IMG/VR virus record: IMGVR_UViG_3300017987_005501
DNA length: 64,000 nt
Origin: a virus
Taxonomy: Duplodnaviria > Caudoviricetes
Reading direction: 5' to 3' (one strand)
Position 1 is the first letter of the stretch. Every line of letters begins with the position of its first letter. This document shows positions 46,468-55,244 of the stretch, piece by piece. The notes under the pieces are model-generated. The model was not told the origin of the DNA, did not search any database, and worked only from the letters and a program-made list of their open reading frames with translations. A program made the translations under genes and the position numbers.

Positions 46468-47355
46468 CTATTTTAGAAAAAGGATATCGTAAATTTCATT
46501 TCCATGAGAAGACATATCTATTTCATAGTTTAGAACTGAATCTGCCAAGTTTTTATTTTTCTGAAAGATTTTAATCTTACAAGACCCAGCTTCGCGGAAA
46601 TCTGAAAAAGAAACTTTATTTCCTGAGGAATAGGATATTGTTCTAACTTTTGAAGTCCCCACAATCATGGTATTTTTATTAATGGCCAAACCCCGAACAT
46701 ACCCACCACCCAGATCAAAAACTTCTCCAGACAAACTCCTAATACAAGATTTGGCAGACTCACAAAAATAAATTGTTCCATTTTCCGCTAGAAGAGTATG
46801 GGGTTGATATAACTTCGAATAATATATTTTATGTTCTGATACGCCCTTAATACAGCCATTCATTGAAAAAATCCAATTATCTTTTTTCGGGCCAAAAGCA
46901 GAATAATAAAGATTTCCTCCATATGAAAGAATGGAATTTAGGTGGATTAAATCTTTTGTTGAATCCTCTGCTACAAAGTAATCTGTTTCAACCAAAGTAT
47001 GGATATTAAATTTAATTATTCGATTGGTCCCCGTGGAAGCAATTAAAATATGGTTACGGTCTAAAACTTTTAAATCATGCCCACCTTTGACCTTTTTTAG
47101 TCCTATAAGTTGTTTAACCCTAAAGTTTTTATCAAGCCGGGCTAAAAACGAATCATATTTTTGGACTAAAACGAAGTAATCCCCCTGTATCTTCGTAATT
47201 CCGGTTAACCCAACCATATTTAAGGCAATAAATTCGGGAATAAAAATTTCGTCTACTTGTTTTGTTGCAAGATTTACTTTATATAAAAAGGTATGGGGGG
47301 AAGCAAATTGAAAATTTTCTTTTCTTTTATTTGGAATTGTTACAAGGATTTTCAT
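46468..47355 (-). CDS. DUF4915/TIGR03032-like beta-propeller protein
   Basis: DLIHLNSI, YYSAFG, LYQPHTL...GTIYFCES, GGYVRGLAI...MIVGTSKVR motifs. Confidence 0.65.
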   Translation of the reverse strand: MKILVTIPNKRKENFQFASPHTFLYKVNLATKQVDEIFIPEFIALNMVGLTGITKIQGDYFVLVQKYDSFLARLDKNFRVKQLIGLKKVKGGHDLKVLDRNHILIASTGTNRIIKFNIHTLVETDYFVAEDSTKDLIHLNSILSYGGNLYYSAFGPKKDNWIFSMNGCIKGVSEHKIYYSKLYQPHTLLAENGTIYFCESAKSCIRSLSGEVFDLGGGYVRGLAINKNTMIVGTSKVRTISYSSGNKVSFSDFREAGSCKIKIFQKNKNLADSVLNYEIDMSSHGNEIYDILFLK

Positions 47356-47945
47356 AGTAAGTCAGATTCTTCCATTCTCGCTGTGAGTTTCTTTATTGTC
47401 TTCCAGGACATTCTTACATAGGAAGGAAAATTAGGATAAAGTTTTTCCAAAAATTTCATAGTATGAACGTCTCCAGGATAACCTGAACATCTAATACCAT
47501 GATTTATTAAAGCATTATCTCTAGAAACTTTTGCTAAGATAGAAGCAGCCATACATGTTAAGTAATTAGAATCTGCTTTGTGTTCCGCAATAATCTCTGT
47601 ACCTGGAACTTCTATCATCTTTTTGTACTTGTGAGGAACAGGATGGGGGCAATCTACAAAAACCTTATCTGGGGAGAATTTTTTAATTAAGTTTTTAGAA
47701 TAATTTGCTTCCAGTTGAAGTAAATTACCCGAATCAATTTCTTGGGGAGAAATTTCTTTAATTTCATAAAAATCAAGAATCTCTACTAGTTTATCGAAAA
47801 GTTTTTGTCTTTTTGGTTTAGGAATTTTTTTAGAATCGTTTAAGCCTAATTCTTTTAGTTTTTCTTCGGAAGTTACTCCGGCAATAGCAATGTGTAACGA
47901 CCCTAATACGCAACCTTTTCCAGCTTCATCAATGCCAGCTAACAT
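47352..47945 (-). CDS. rnhB: Ribonuclease HII (archaeal-type signature)
   Basis: GIDEAGKG, LNDSKK, FVDC, EHKAD, AASILAKVSRD, SGYPGD, RMSWKT. Confidence 0.92.
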   Translation of the reverse strand: MLAGIDEAGKGCVLGSLHIAIAGVTSEEKLKELGLNDSKKIPKPKRQKLFDKLVEILDFYEIKEISPQEIDSGNLLQLEANYSKNLIKKFSPDKVFVDCPHPVPHKYKKMIEVPGTEIIAEHKADSNYLTCMAASILAKVSRDNALINHGIRCSGYPGDVHTMKFLEKLYPNFPSYVRMSWKTIKKLTARMEESDLL

Positions 47946-47991
47946 GAAACAACCCTTTCTTTTTAAATCTAATACGAAAGGGTTTTAAAAC

Positions 47992-48531
47992 TTAATCTTT
48001 TGGTTCGTCAATTTCTTCGGGTATTTCAGGAAGATCTTCTTCTAGTGTTTCCTTTTTGGGAGCTTCTTCTGAAAAATCTAATGATTCCCCGAAACCCTCA
48101 TCTAAAGCAGGAGGTTCCTCCCCCTTAAATCTATTTCCTGGGAAAACCCTATCGTGCCTTGCCTCAATTTTAGGCCAATCCTGGTTGATTTTTTGCTGAA
48201 TTAAGCTAGAAATAACATTTACATCCATCTTAGATAATTTTCTATCTAAAATCCCGTAATCTCGCAGTTTTTGGAGAATCTCTTTGGTTAGAAAGTTTTT
48301 AATAATTTCTTCTCGGGCACTGAGATCTCCAACCCCGTCTAGGTCGTTTTCAATCCTTCTCCTTCTTCCAAAGAGTTGCGTATAAATATAATCGATGTCG
48401 TTTGTAACAAGGAAGTCGGCTGCTCGAGAAGTGGCCTCTGTTATATCGAAATCTGAAACGGACGGCAAACTAGCCGCCCGTTTCATAAGGAGAAGTGCTC
48501 TATTTACGAGTTTATGGGAAAGAGATATCAT
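47992..48531 (-). CDS. Hypothetical protein, acidic C-terminus
   Basis: 179-aa ORF in a tightly packed operon; KRAASL motif. Confidence 0.65.
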   Translation of the reverse strand: MISLSHKLVNRALLLMKRAASLPSVSDFDITEATSRAADFLVTNDIDYIYTQLFGRRRRIENDLDGVGDLSAREEIIKNFLTKEILQKLRDYGILDRKLSKMDVNVISSLIQQKINQDWPKIEARHDRVFPGNRFKGEEPPALDEGFGESLDFSEEAPKKETLEEDLPEIPEEIDEPKD

Positions 48532-48533
48532 TT

Positions 48534-49406
48534 TTAGTCATTATCGTCTTCAGGAGACTTAAATCTCTCGAGATCCTTGCTTTCTTTTTCTTCTTTTTTC
48601 TCCTCTTCCTCAACAAATTGTTCGGGAGTCATAATAATTGAAGAATCCCCGCCTGCACGCAAAACAATTTGGTTTAGGAGGGATACTATTTTTTCTTTTT
48701 CTGTCTCTTCGCAGATTCCTTCAAACAAGTCATCAATTTTTGTAAAGATGTTTGCATTAGTCCCATTAATAATTAACATAATGTAGTCGCGAATATCTTT
48801 ACGCCTTTTTTCCTCATCAAGTTCATTTATAGTATCAAAAACTAAATTTAATACCGTTTTGAAGTTGAAAGGGGAATTCGCTGTTTTCGAATCATAGATA
48901 AACCGGACGGCATCTAAAACTGACCCTTCGCTGATTTGCGGACAATATTTTTCTGCTAATTTTTCAAACGCAACTTTTTTAGATGCTCTTTTATTATAGT
49001 AGTATGAAACTTCCCTGAGAATTGGGAAGACGTTAGAACTATAATAAATATTAGCTACCGCACTTAAACTAGCAATCCTAGACATTTTTCCACTTACACC
49101 TTTGTCCAAGTTAAATTTTCTATTCTGCTCTAGCATATAGTCAGTATAGAAGTTTGGGCGGTCATGGTTAAGAAGATTAATATTAACCCCAACGTCGGAA
49201 TAAGGAGTTAATGGGACTAATTCCTCTGGTGCCCTTTGTTGTAACCCCCCAATTGGGAAGACAACGCTTACTTTTTGTATTTGTGGATGAACACCAGCGA
49301 CAATTCCCACATAAGGTGAAACTTGTCGATCTGAAATAAACCATTTAACAGGTTGGCCGATTGCAAAGTCTTCGGCAGCTACAGTCATGGGAAAAAGTGC
49401 TGGCAT
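48534..49406 (-). CDS. Hypothetical protein (SH3/KOW-like N-terminus possible)
   Basis: DFAIGQPVKWF...YVGIVAGVHPQIQKVSVVFP; RIASL, KTANS motifs. Confidence 0.7.
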   Translation of the reverse strand: MPALFPMTVAAEDFAIGQPVKWFISDRQVSPYVGIVAGVHPQIQKVSVVFPIGGLQQRAPEELVPLTPYSDVGVNINLLNHDRPNFYTDYMLEQNRKFNLDKGVSGKMSRIASLSAVANIYYSSNVFPILREVSYYYNKRASKKVAFEKLAEKYCPQISEGSVLDAVRFIYDSKTANSPFNFKTVLNLVFDTINELDEEKRRKDIRDYIMLIINGTNANIFTKIDDLFEGICEETEKEKIVSLLNQIVLRAGGDSSIIMTPEQFVEEEEKKEEKESKDLERFKSPEDDND

Positions 49407-49408
49407 TT

Positions 49409-49666
49409 CTAGTCCTCGCTTTTATGTCTAATTTCTTCGGATTCTAGTTGTAAAGCATCTCTCACTGTTTTAATGATCACTTCGTTAATCAAAAAGCCGT
49501 TATAACGAAGATGCCGAAGAATCTCGCTTTCTAATAAAGGAGAATCGTTAGCCTTTAAGTCCTCGATAATCTGCTGAATTCTTTCTGTTAAGGCAGAAAT
49601 ATCTTCAGTTATTGTATTAATCATAATATCGGTGGCGAGTCGGCTAATTCGGCTAGAAAATTTCAT
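49409..49666 (-). CDS. Small helical protein
   Basis: 85 aa, TAATG-coupled; ISRLATDI helix. Confidence 0.65.
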   Translation of the reverse strand: MKFSSRISRLATDIMINTITEDISALTERIQQIIEDLKANDSPLLESEILRHLRYNGFLINEVIIKTVRDALQLESEEIRHKSED

Positions 49667-50061
49667 TATTTCTCAGAGAGTTTTTTCATTAGTTTAGAGA
49701 GTTTCTTGCCATCAGCCGCATCCTTAAAGCGGTCTGTATTTAGGTCACGGACTTCGTATCCTGGTTTATGCTTTCTTTCGTATTCCTTAAGAACTTCTTG
49801 CTCTTCAACGGGATTTTCGAAAGACTTCATATATTCTTCGTCTTCATCACTAATATAGGCACCTGCTTCATCATAACGTTTCATAAAAGAAGCTTCGTCC
49901 TTATCTCCCATCAGCCATTTACCTTGCTTCTCGAGAGCTTCTAGATTATCGCTAACTTCGTCGATAAGCTTAGCAAGGACAAGACGATCTGCTTCGCTAA
50001 GCTTCCCATTTTTCTCAACTTCGCTTGCGATTTTGTCTAGTTCGGTTGTAAAACGTTTCAT
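49666..50061 (-). CDS. Small acidic protein, paralog of 50083..50538
   Basis: ELDKIASEVEK, WLMGDKDEASFMKRY, DEDEEYMKSFEN, VRDLNT. Confidence 0.75.
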   Translation of the reverse strand: MKRFTTELDKIASEVEKNGKLSEADRLVLAKLIDEVSDNLEALEKQGKWLMGDKDEASFMKRYDEAGAYISDEDEEYMKSFENPVEEQEVLKEYERKHKPGYEVRDLNTDRFKDAADGKKLSKLMKKLSEK

Positions 50062-50082
50062 TTTGTGTCTCTCTCCTTAAAA

Positions 50083-50538
50083 TTAAACTTTTCTTTTTGG
50101 AATTGTGCGAGCTACTTTATTCCCCTCAGGAAGATTTTCATCTCTCCAGGGATTTTTCCAATCAGCAGTTGATTTTGGATTATCTTCGGTATTTAAGTCG
50201 CGAACTGGAGGCTCTTTATGGACAGAAACTGTTTGAGATTCACGGCCAGCAGCATTTTCGAAAGGTTTCATATACCTCTCTTCATCTGCGTCGCCCATAA
50301 TGGTTCCAGTTTGGTTATAACGATTCATATACCGACTTTCATCAGTATCCCCCATGAGCCACTCCCCATTCTTCGTGCGGAAGCCGTGCTCCGAAGCAGC
50401 CTTTTCAAAAGCGTCATTTGCCTTATCGATACGATAAGCAAAATACTTTCTTTGGGCATCTGATAGGTATGGCGACTTCTCAACTTCGGCCGCAATCTCA
50501 TCCAATTGCGCAGCGATCTTAATTGGATTAAAACCCAT
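50083..50538 (-). CDS. Small acidic protein, paralog of 49666..50061 (start reassigned to MGFNP at 50538)
   Basis: AGGAG RBS before 50538; QLDEIAAEVEK, WLMGDTDESRYMNRY, DADEERYMKPFEN, VRDLNT. Confidence 0.75.
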   Translation of the reverse strand: MGFNPIKIAAQLDEIAAEVEKSPYLSDAQRKYFAYRIDKANDAFEKAASEHGFRTKNGEWLMGDTDESRYMNRYNQTGTIMGDADEERYMKPFENAAGRESQTVSVHKEPPVRDLNTEDNPKSTADWKNPWRDENLPEGNKVARTIPKRKV

Positions 50539-50539
50539 A

Positions 50540-50671
50540 TTACTTCTCCTTTTGGTTTCCATAAACTTCGATATTAATAATTCTTGCATATTTGTCTGCA
50601 AGGATTTTTGCTAATTTCGTATCCCCACTCTTGATAGCCTGTACAAGTTTTTTCTTTAATTTATCTTTCAT
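50540..50671 (-). CDS. 43-aa basic helical protein missed by the ORF track
   Basis: MKDKLKKKLVQAIKSGDTKLAKILADKYARIINIEVYGNQKEK*; ATG overlaps the upstream stop (TAATG); fills the gap exactly. Confidence 0.6.
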   Translation of the reverse strand: MKDKLKKKLVQAIKSGDTKLAKILADKYARIINIEVYGNQKEK

Positions 50672-52455
50672 TAGTTTACAAAATGGTCATTTAGCCAATG
50701 AATTAAAATTTCTATTTCGTCTTTAATTAAATCAATCTGTTTAGGATCGATAAGTTCCAGATCAAATGTTAATGTGACATTAGTAAAAGCCCGATCGTTT
50801 TCGATATCTTTTTGGACAACCCCATTCCCAGAAATGTTATAATCAACATAACCAAATTTTCCATTTAAAAGTCGTTCTAACCTTTGTTGGAAAATTCTCG
50901 CAGCTTTTTTCAAGCTATCAAAATCAATACCTTTTTCACTAAATAAAGTTAATGAAAAGGCCGGCTTATAATCATCGTTTACTTGTTCAAAATCAAGAGA
51001 GTAACTATAATCAAGATCCCCTGAAGTTAACGACTTAATATGATCATAAATTTCTGCCTCGAAAACTTTTTTAGTAAATTCTGGAACATCGCTATGCTCT
51101 AATCTTTTAAGATCTATATCATCCCTTAAATTTTCCCATTGTTCATCTAGAACTTTTAAGGCTTCTTCCTTCCCTTTGATCTGATCTTCAAGGGAATTGA
51201 TTGCTTCCTTTAATTTATCTCGTTGGGACAGGATTGTATTTTCTTTTTTCTCGAGGGTTTTTACTGGTCCCTTATAACCACCCTTAAAAGCAAAAGAATC
51301 TGGAGAAACTCGTGCTAACTCCCCGTTTCCAACCGCCCCTGTGATAATCTCATCTATTTCTTCTTCCTCTATAGAATAATTTGTTTTTAGATGGTAACTA
51401 AGGTCATCCCGAGACATATTCTTTTTCTTTTGAAAAAGTTTCTTTAAGGAAGTTTTTGGATTAAACTTCTTTTTAGCCGCTACCTTTATCTTTTTTTCAG
51501 TAACTTCTTTTTTAAGAGAAGAAATAGTAGTTAATAATTGAAAAGCGGTTTTTATATTTTCTGGCAAATCTGGCCAAACTTCATCAAGTTTCCCTTTTAC
51601 GTCGTAATAAATATCCTTTTGATAATAATCCCGCATAATAACACTTTGAATCTTTGGAGAAACCCTTAATTTCTCAAGAGCCACCCAGGCAGCGTTTGAA
51701 TCCCGGATATTCATTTCATCGTAAAGTTTTGCCCTAACCGCATCAACTTCCGCTCGGAACTTTGATTGTGGGGTATCTTTATCTTTTGCAACGATATCTC
51801 TACCCGTATCCTCCTTAACTAAGGTTACAAGCATCGTTTCATAGTCATTGTAATCAATTTTACTTTGATATTTTCCGCTTTTCATACTCCAGATAACTTT
51901 CTCCAAAGCATCCCGCCACTTTACTTGAGAATGCCAACTAATATCGTCTGTTACGACTCCCCAAGGCCCCGTTTTAGCATATTTATCCAAGATCGGATCA
52001 ACATTCTCTTTTGCTGCCGCCATAATTGTTTCTAGGTCGCTGCGCATAACGTCTCTTTTATCTGTATAATCCGAATAGTATTTTGTTCTTTTATCAAAGA
52101 GAGGGAATGCTTCATAAACTGATTCCTCTGAGAATTCCTTCTCCCCATAAGCCTTCTTGATAAGCTTTGAAAGTTTGTTTGGTTCTTTTTTCAAAACGCC
52201 ATCCGATTTTCTTTTTTCTTCATCCTCTTCCTTGTCGGGGTCCTTTTCCTTCGGCCCCTCGTTTATTTTCTGTTGCCAAGGCTGACGACCTCTTTTTAAT
52301 GCAGAGACAGGTTTTCTATCTGTTTTCGGCCCGTCCCCATAAGGATTTCTCATATCCGGGTCGTTCTTATCCGTGTTAATCTTCGCAGCTTTTTCAAGGG
52401 TTGAGTTTTTTAACCCTTTCAAAGCCCTAAGTTTTTCTTCATTAGAGTGGTACAT
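50671..52455 (-). CDS. Hypothetical multidomain protein (594 aa), probable head/internal protein
   Basis: First gene after a motif copy downstream of the portal; Lys/Glu-rich with several K-x-A motifs. Confidence 0.7.
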   Translation of the reverse strand: MYHSNEEKLRALKGLKNSTLEKAAKINTDKNDPDMRNPYGDGPKTDRKPVSALKRGRQPWQQKINEGPKEKDPDKEEDEEKRKSDGVLKKEPNKLSKLIKKAYGEKEFSEESVYEAFPLFDKRTKYYSDYTDKRDVMRSDLETIMAAAKENVDPILDKYAKTGPWGVVTDDISWHSQVKWRDALEKVIWSMKSGKYQSKIDYNDYETMLVTLVKEDTGRDIVAKDKDTPQSKFRAEVDAVRAKLYDEMNIRDSNAAWVALEKLRVSPKIQSVIMRDYYQKDIYYDVKGKLDEVWPDLPENIKTAFQLLTTISSLKKEVTEKKIKVAAKKKFNPKTSLKKLFQKKKNMSRDDLSYHLKTNYSIEEEEIDEIITGAVGNGELARVSPDSFAFKGGYKGPVKTLEKKENTILSQRDKLKEAINSLEDQIKGKEEALKVLDEQWENLRDDIDLKRLEHSDVPEFTKKVFEAEIYDHIKSLTSGDLDYSYSLDFEQVNDDYKPAFSLTLFSEKGIDFDSLKKAARIFQQRLERLLNGKFGYVDYNISGNGVVQKDIENDRAFTNVTLTFDLELIDPKQIDLIKDEIEILIHWLNDHFVN

Positions 52456-52509
52456 ACTTGAAATTCCAAAGCAGAACTATAGAATATCGTTCATGAATTA
52501 AGAAGATAT

Positions 52510-52522
52510 TAATGGATTATTA
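52510..52522 (-). promoter_or_regulatory. Conserved intergenic motif copy (TAATAATCCATTA)
   Basis: Plus strand taatggattatta, exact copy, 55 nt above the ATG at 52455. Confidence 0.7.
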
Positions 52523-52532
52523 TTTGTTACGA

Positions 52533-54599
52533 TTAGTCTTCTTCCTCTTTTTTCTTCGCATTTTTTTTGTATTCCAAGAACTCCTGATATTCTTTATCTT
52601 GAATTGTTCTGTACTCTTGGAATTCCTTAGAAAACTTTTTCGCGAGGAAATCAAGGAAATTGGAAGGTTCTGGGGAGTCCACAGAAGCCGTTTTGTCGAA
52701 CGCAAATCTTCCGAGTTCCCCTCCCTCTCCTTCGGCTTTTTGCTCAACCTCTTCCAACCCAAGGTTCTCTCTTAAAATTTCAACAATATTGCTTGATTGG
52801 ACGACTTGTTCAGCCGAACCATCGTAGAGTCGGGAAATAAGATCGTTAAACCTTGAATCATTCACCGTAAAGAGATCTTGCTCTAATTTTTCTTTTACGT
52901 CGTCTGAGTCAATATTCCATAGGTCCAGAATAAACTCGACTGGTAAGCTTCCTTTTTGATAAAGGGAAAAGAGTTGTTCATATAAATCGGCATTATCTCT
53001 AATTGCTAAACGGGTAAACTTAAGAGAAGGGACAATTGGATTAATTTTCCCATCAACAGGGTCAACCTCAACAAAACCCTTTTTAAAACAAATTGGCTTG
53101 AATACGTAATTTTCAACCCAGAACTTTAATTTTTCCCTAAAGTTAAGATAAATAGTATTCATTACCTCTAGGGTAATTCTATTCCCTCCATAAGTCCCTT
53201 CCCCGGTTAGGAGCTCCTTTGTAACTCCAAGCCCGACTAGGAGCCTTTTCTCTGTTTCTTCATATTCAGACCCAAGATCGAGAAGTCTTTCTCTTGCGCT
53301 GATTTGGTCCCAGTTAATTTGATAATTCGCAACAATTGCATAATCCGGATCAACTAAGGCTAGATCAACGTGCTCTCTTAATTCATCAACCTGGAAGTCG
53401 CTGAGCGTGTCACTCCAGACAATATGCTTCGGAGTTAATGCGCGATCTGCAATCATTGTTTGGGCCTGGCGTAATTTATCCCGATATAATAGGGTTCTTA
53501 AACATCTTTGTAGGATTGAAAGACCGAAATCTTCGTATTGGGACTTTCGGTTAGATAAATGATATACGTGAGACCCGGTTAGAGGGTCAGTATCCAGGGG
53601 GATGGGCTCCTGAGACTGGACCCTTTCAAGGATTGCTGGTGGGATATTATCAAGAATCTCTGAAACATCTTCATTAGAATCCCCTGTTTCAATTAATTTT
53701 CTCATAGAGTCAGAGGGTTGAAGCGAGATCTTAACCTCATCCGTAAAATCGAAAGATTCTAATAAAACTTGGTCTGGAGGAAGAACAATAATACGTTTCC
53801 AGCCTTTATAATCTATATTCTTAAAATTCCATTTTTTATATAGCTTATTTATCTTATCCTGCTTTTCTTTTTGCTCCGAATTATTTGATGGCTTTTCCTC
53901 AATTGCGCCGTCAACAAATTCTTCAATGTTTTGTTGAACCTCTTCAAAGTCGCTTTTTAGCTCCTCATCAATTTCGTTTTCTCCCCCAGAAAAATTATCA
54001 TCTAGGTAATCTGCAATTGCGTCGTCTTCGTCTTCGAAAGTAGTTCCTTCGGGCATATCCTCTTTTTCAAGATATTCAGGAACTGGATATTCATCTTCAA
54101 GTCCTTCTGTGTCTTCCTCAAGGAAAATAAAGCAATTTCCCTGCAACCAATATTCGTGAGCAATTTCTTGTAATCTCTCAAATAATCGGAGATGATCACA
54201 AATCCGCATAAAATATCTCCAGATATAATTTGCTTTTTCTCTATCCTGACATTTTGGTAATCCTAGGGTGACCTTACTTAAAGGGAGGTCACAGTGAATA
54301 TCAATTGCTCTTGAAATAATTTCGTCGTTCTCGTACCAATGTCGGTACCACTCTCTTCTTTCCTGGATAGACCGAGGTAACTCAAAGTAATCCGTACTAA
54401 GCTGTGGGGAGTAAAATGGAAAATTTCCACTCTGCATTAAGTCGACATCAGAAGCGGTTCTAATATTAAATTTTCCAAAAGTTGGTTTAGCTACCTTTGT
54501 AATTTTTCTATTAGGGGAGGAACCTAGAGGACGGGAATCCCCTTGATTTCCCGGTGTTTTTTCGGATGAGCGACGTTTTCGTCTTACATCGTCTGCCAT
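52533..54599 (-). CDS. Portal protein (688 aa) with acidic insertion
   Basis: Two genes downstream of TerL; REWYRHWYENDEIISRAIDIHCDLPLS, VYHLSNRKSQYEDFGLSILQRC, KLRQAQ..IA.R..TP, LLVGLGVTKELLTGE portal-like motifs. Confidence 0.8.
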   Translation of the reverse strand: MADDVRRKRRSSEKTPGNQGDSRPLGSSPNRKITKVAKPTFGKFNIRTASDVDLMQSGNFPFYSPQLSTDYFELPRSIQERREWYRHWYENDEIISRAIDIHCDLPLSKVTLGLPKCQDREKANYIWRYFMRICDHLRLFERLQEIAHEYWLQGNCFIFLEEDTEGLEDEYPVPEYLEKEDMPEGTTFEDEDDAIADYLDDNFSGGENEIDEELKSDFEEVQQNIEEFVDGAIEEKPSNNSEQKEKQDKINKLYKKWNFKNIDYKGWKRIIVLPPDQVLLESFDFTDEVKISLQPSDSMRKLIETGDSNEDVSEILDNIPPAILERVQSQEPIPLDTDPLTGSHVYHLSNRKSQYEDFGLSILQRCLRTLLYRDKLRQAQTMIADRALTPKHIVWSDTLSDFQVDELREHVDLALVDPDYAIVANYQINWDQISARERLLDLGSEYEETEKRLLVGLGVTKELLTGEGTYGGNRITLEVMNTIYLNFREKLKFWVENYVFKPICFKKGFVEVDPVDGKINPIVPSLKFTRLAIRDNADLYEQLFSLYQKGSLPVEFILDLWNIDSDDVKEKLEQDLFTVNDSRFNDLISRLYDGSAEQVVQSSNIVEILRENLGLEEVEQKAEGEGGELGRFAFDKTASVDSPEPSNFLDFLAKKFSKEFQEYRTIQDKEYQEFLEYKKNAKKKEEED

Positions 54600-54603
54600 C
54601 TAT

Positions 54604-54930
54604 TTACTCCATTTCATCAAACAACGATAATCCTAAAATTTCGTCGTCATCGTCTTTGGTCTTCTTTTTGAAAAACTTTTTTTTGCGAGCGACTTTTTCA
54701 TCGTTAGGGGTTCCAAGAGCTTGTAATCGTAGAAGAGCCTGTTTACTAATTCCTAGATTTCTTAAATTAAGAGAAGCCGCCCCCCGAATCTCTTCAAATC
54801 TAAGATCGCGCGAGATAGCAATTACATCTCTATAAGCCTTTTGAATCCCCTCAAATTTTTGAATTATATCAATTTGCTCATGTTCAATAAAAGCTAAAAT
54901 ATCTTCTAAATCCTTATTTTTTCTAGTCAT
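54604..54930 (-). CDS. Hypothetical protein
   Basis: 108 aa between TerL and portal; EKVARKKK motif. Confidence 0.65.
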   Translation of the reverse strand: MTRKNKDLEDILAFIEHEQIDIIQKFEGIQKAYRDVIAISRDLRFEEIRGAASLNLRNLGISKQALLRLQALGTPNDEKVARKKKFFKKKTKDDDDEILGLSLFDEME

Positions 54931-55243
54931 TTTTTCGCCTTAGATTAAAAGCAATCTTAAATAATTGTAGACTAGCATGCTTCGTCCCAACTTTTAACTC
55001 TGGAGGAGGATAAGCTAGTATCGCATTCCTACATAATTGAATCAAAGTATAATAGGCATCAGGGTTACTGGTTTCAACAAATTCATTTATTAATCCTTCC
55101 CGGGTCCATTTTGGAAATAATTTTTCCCAACTATCCTTAATATAACGATAATGCTCCCTTTTAATCTTTTTTACACCCATTTGGTTCTGAAATACGAAAT
55201 TAATTATTTCTTTCACTTGCTTTGGGAAATATTTTCGAGACAT
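54923..55243 (-). CDS. Hypothetical protein
   Basis: 106 aa, abuts TerL; KHASL and FKIAF motifs. Confidence 0.65.
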   Translation of the reverse strand: MSRKYFPKQVKEIINFVFQNQMGVKKIKREHYRYIKDSWEKLFPKWTREGLINEFVETSNPDAYYTLIQLCRNAILAYPPPELKVGTKHASLQLFKIAFNLRRKND

Positions 55244-55244
55244 T

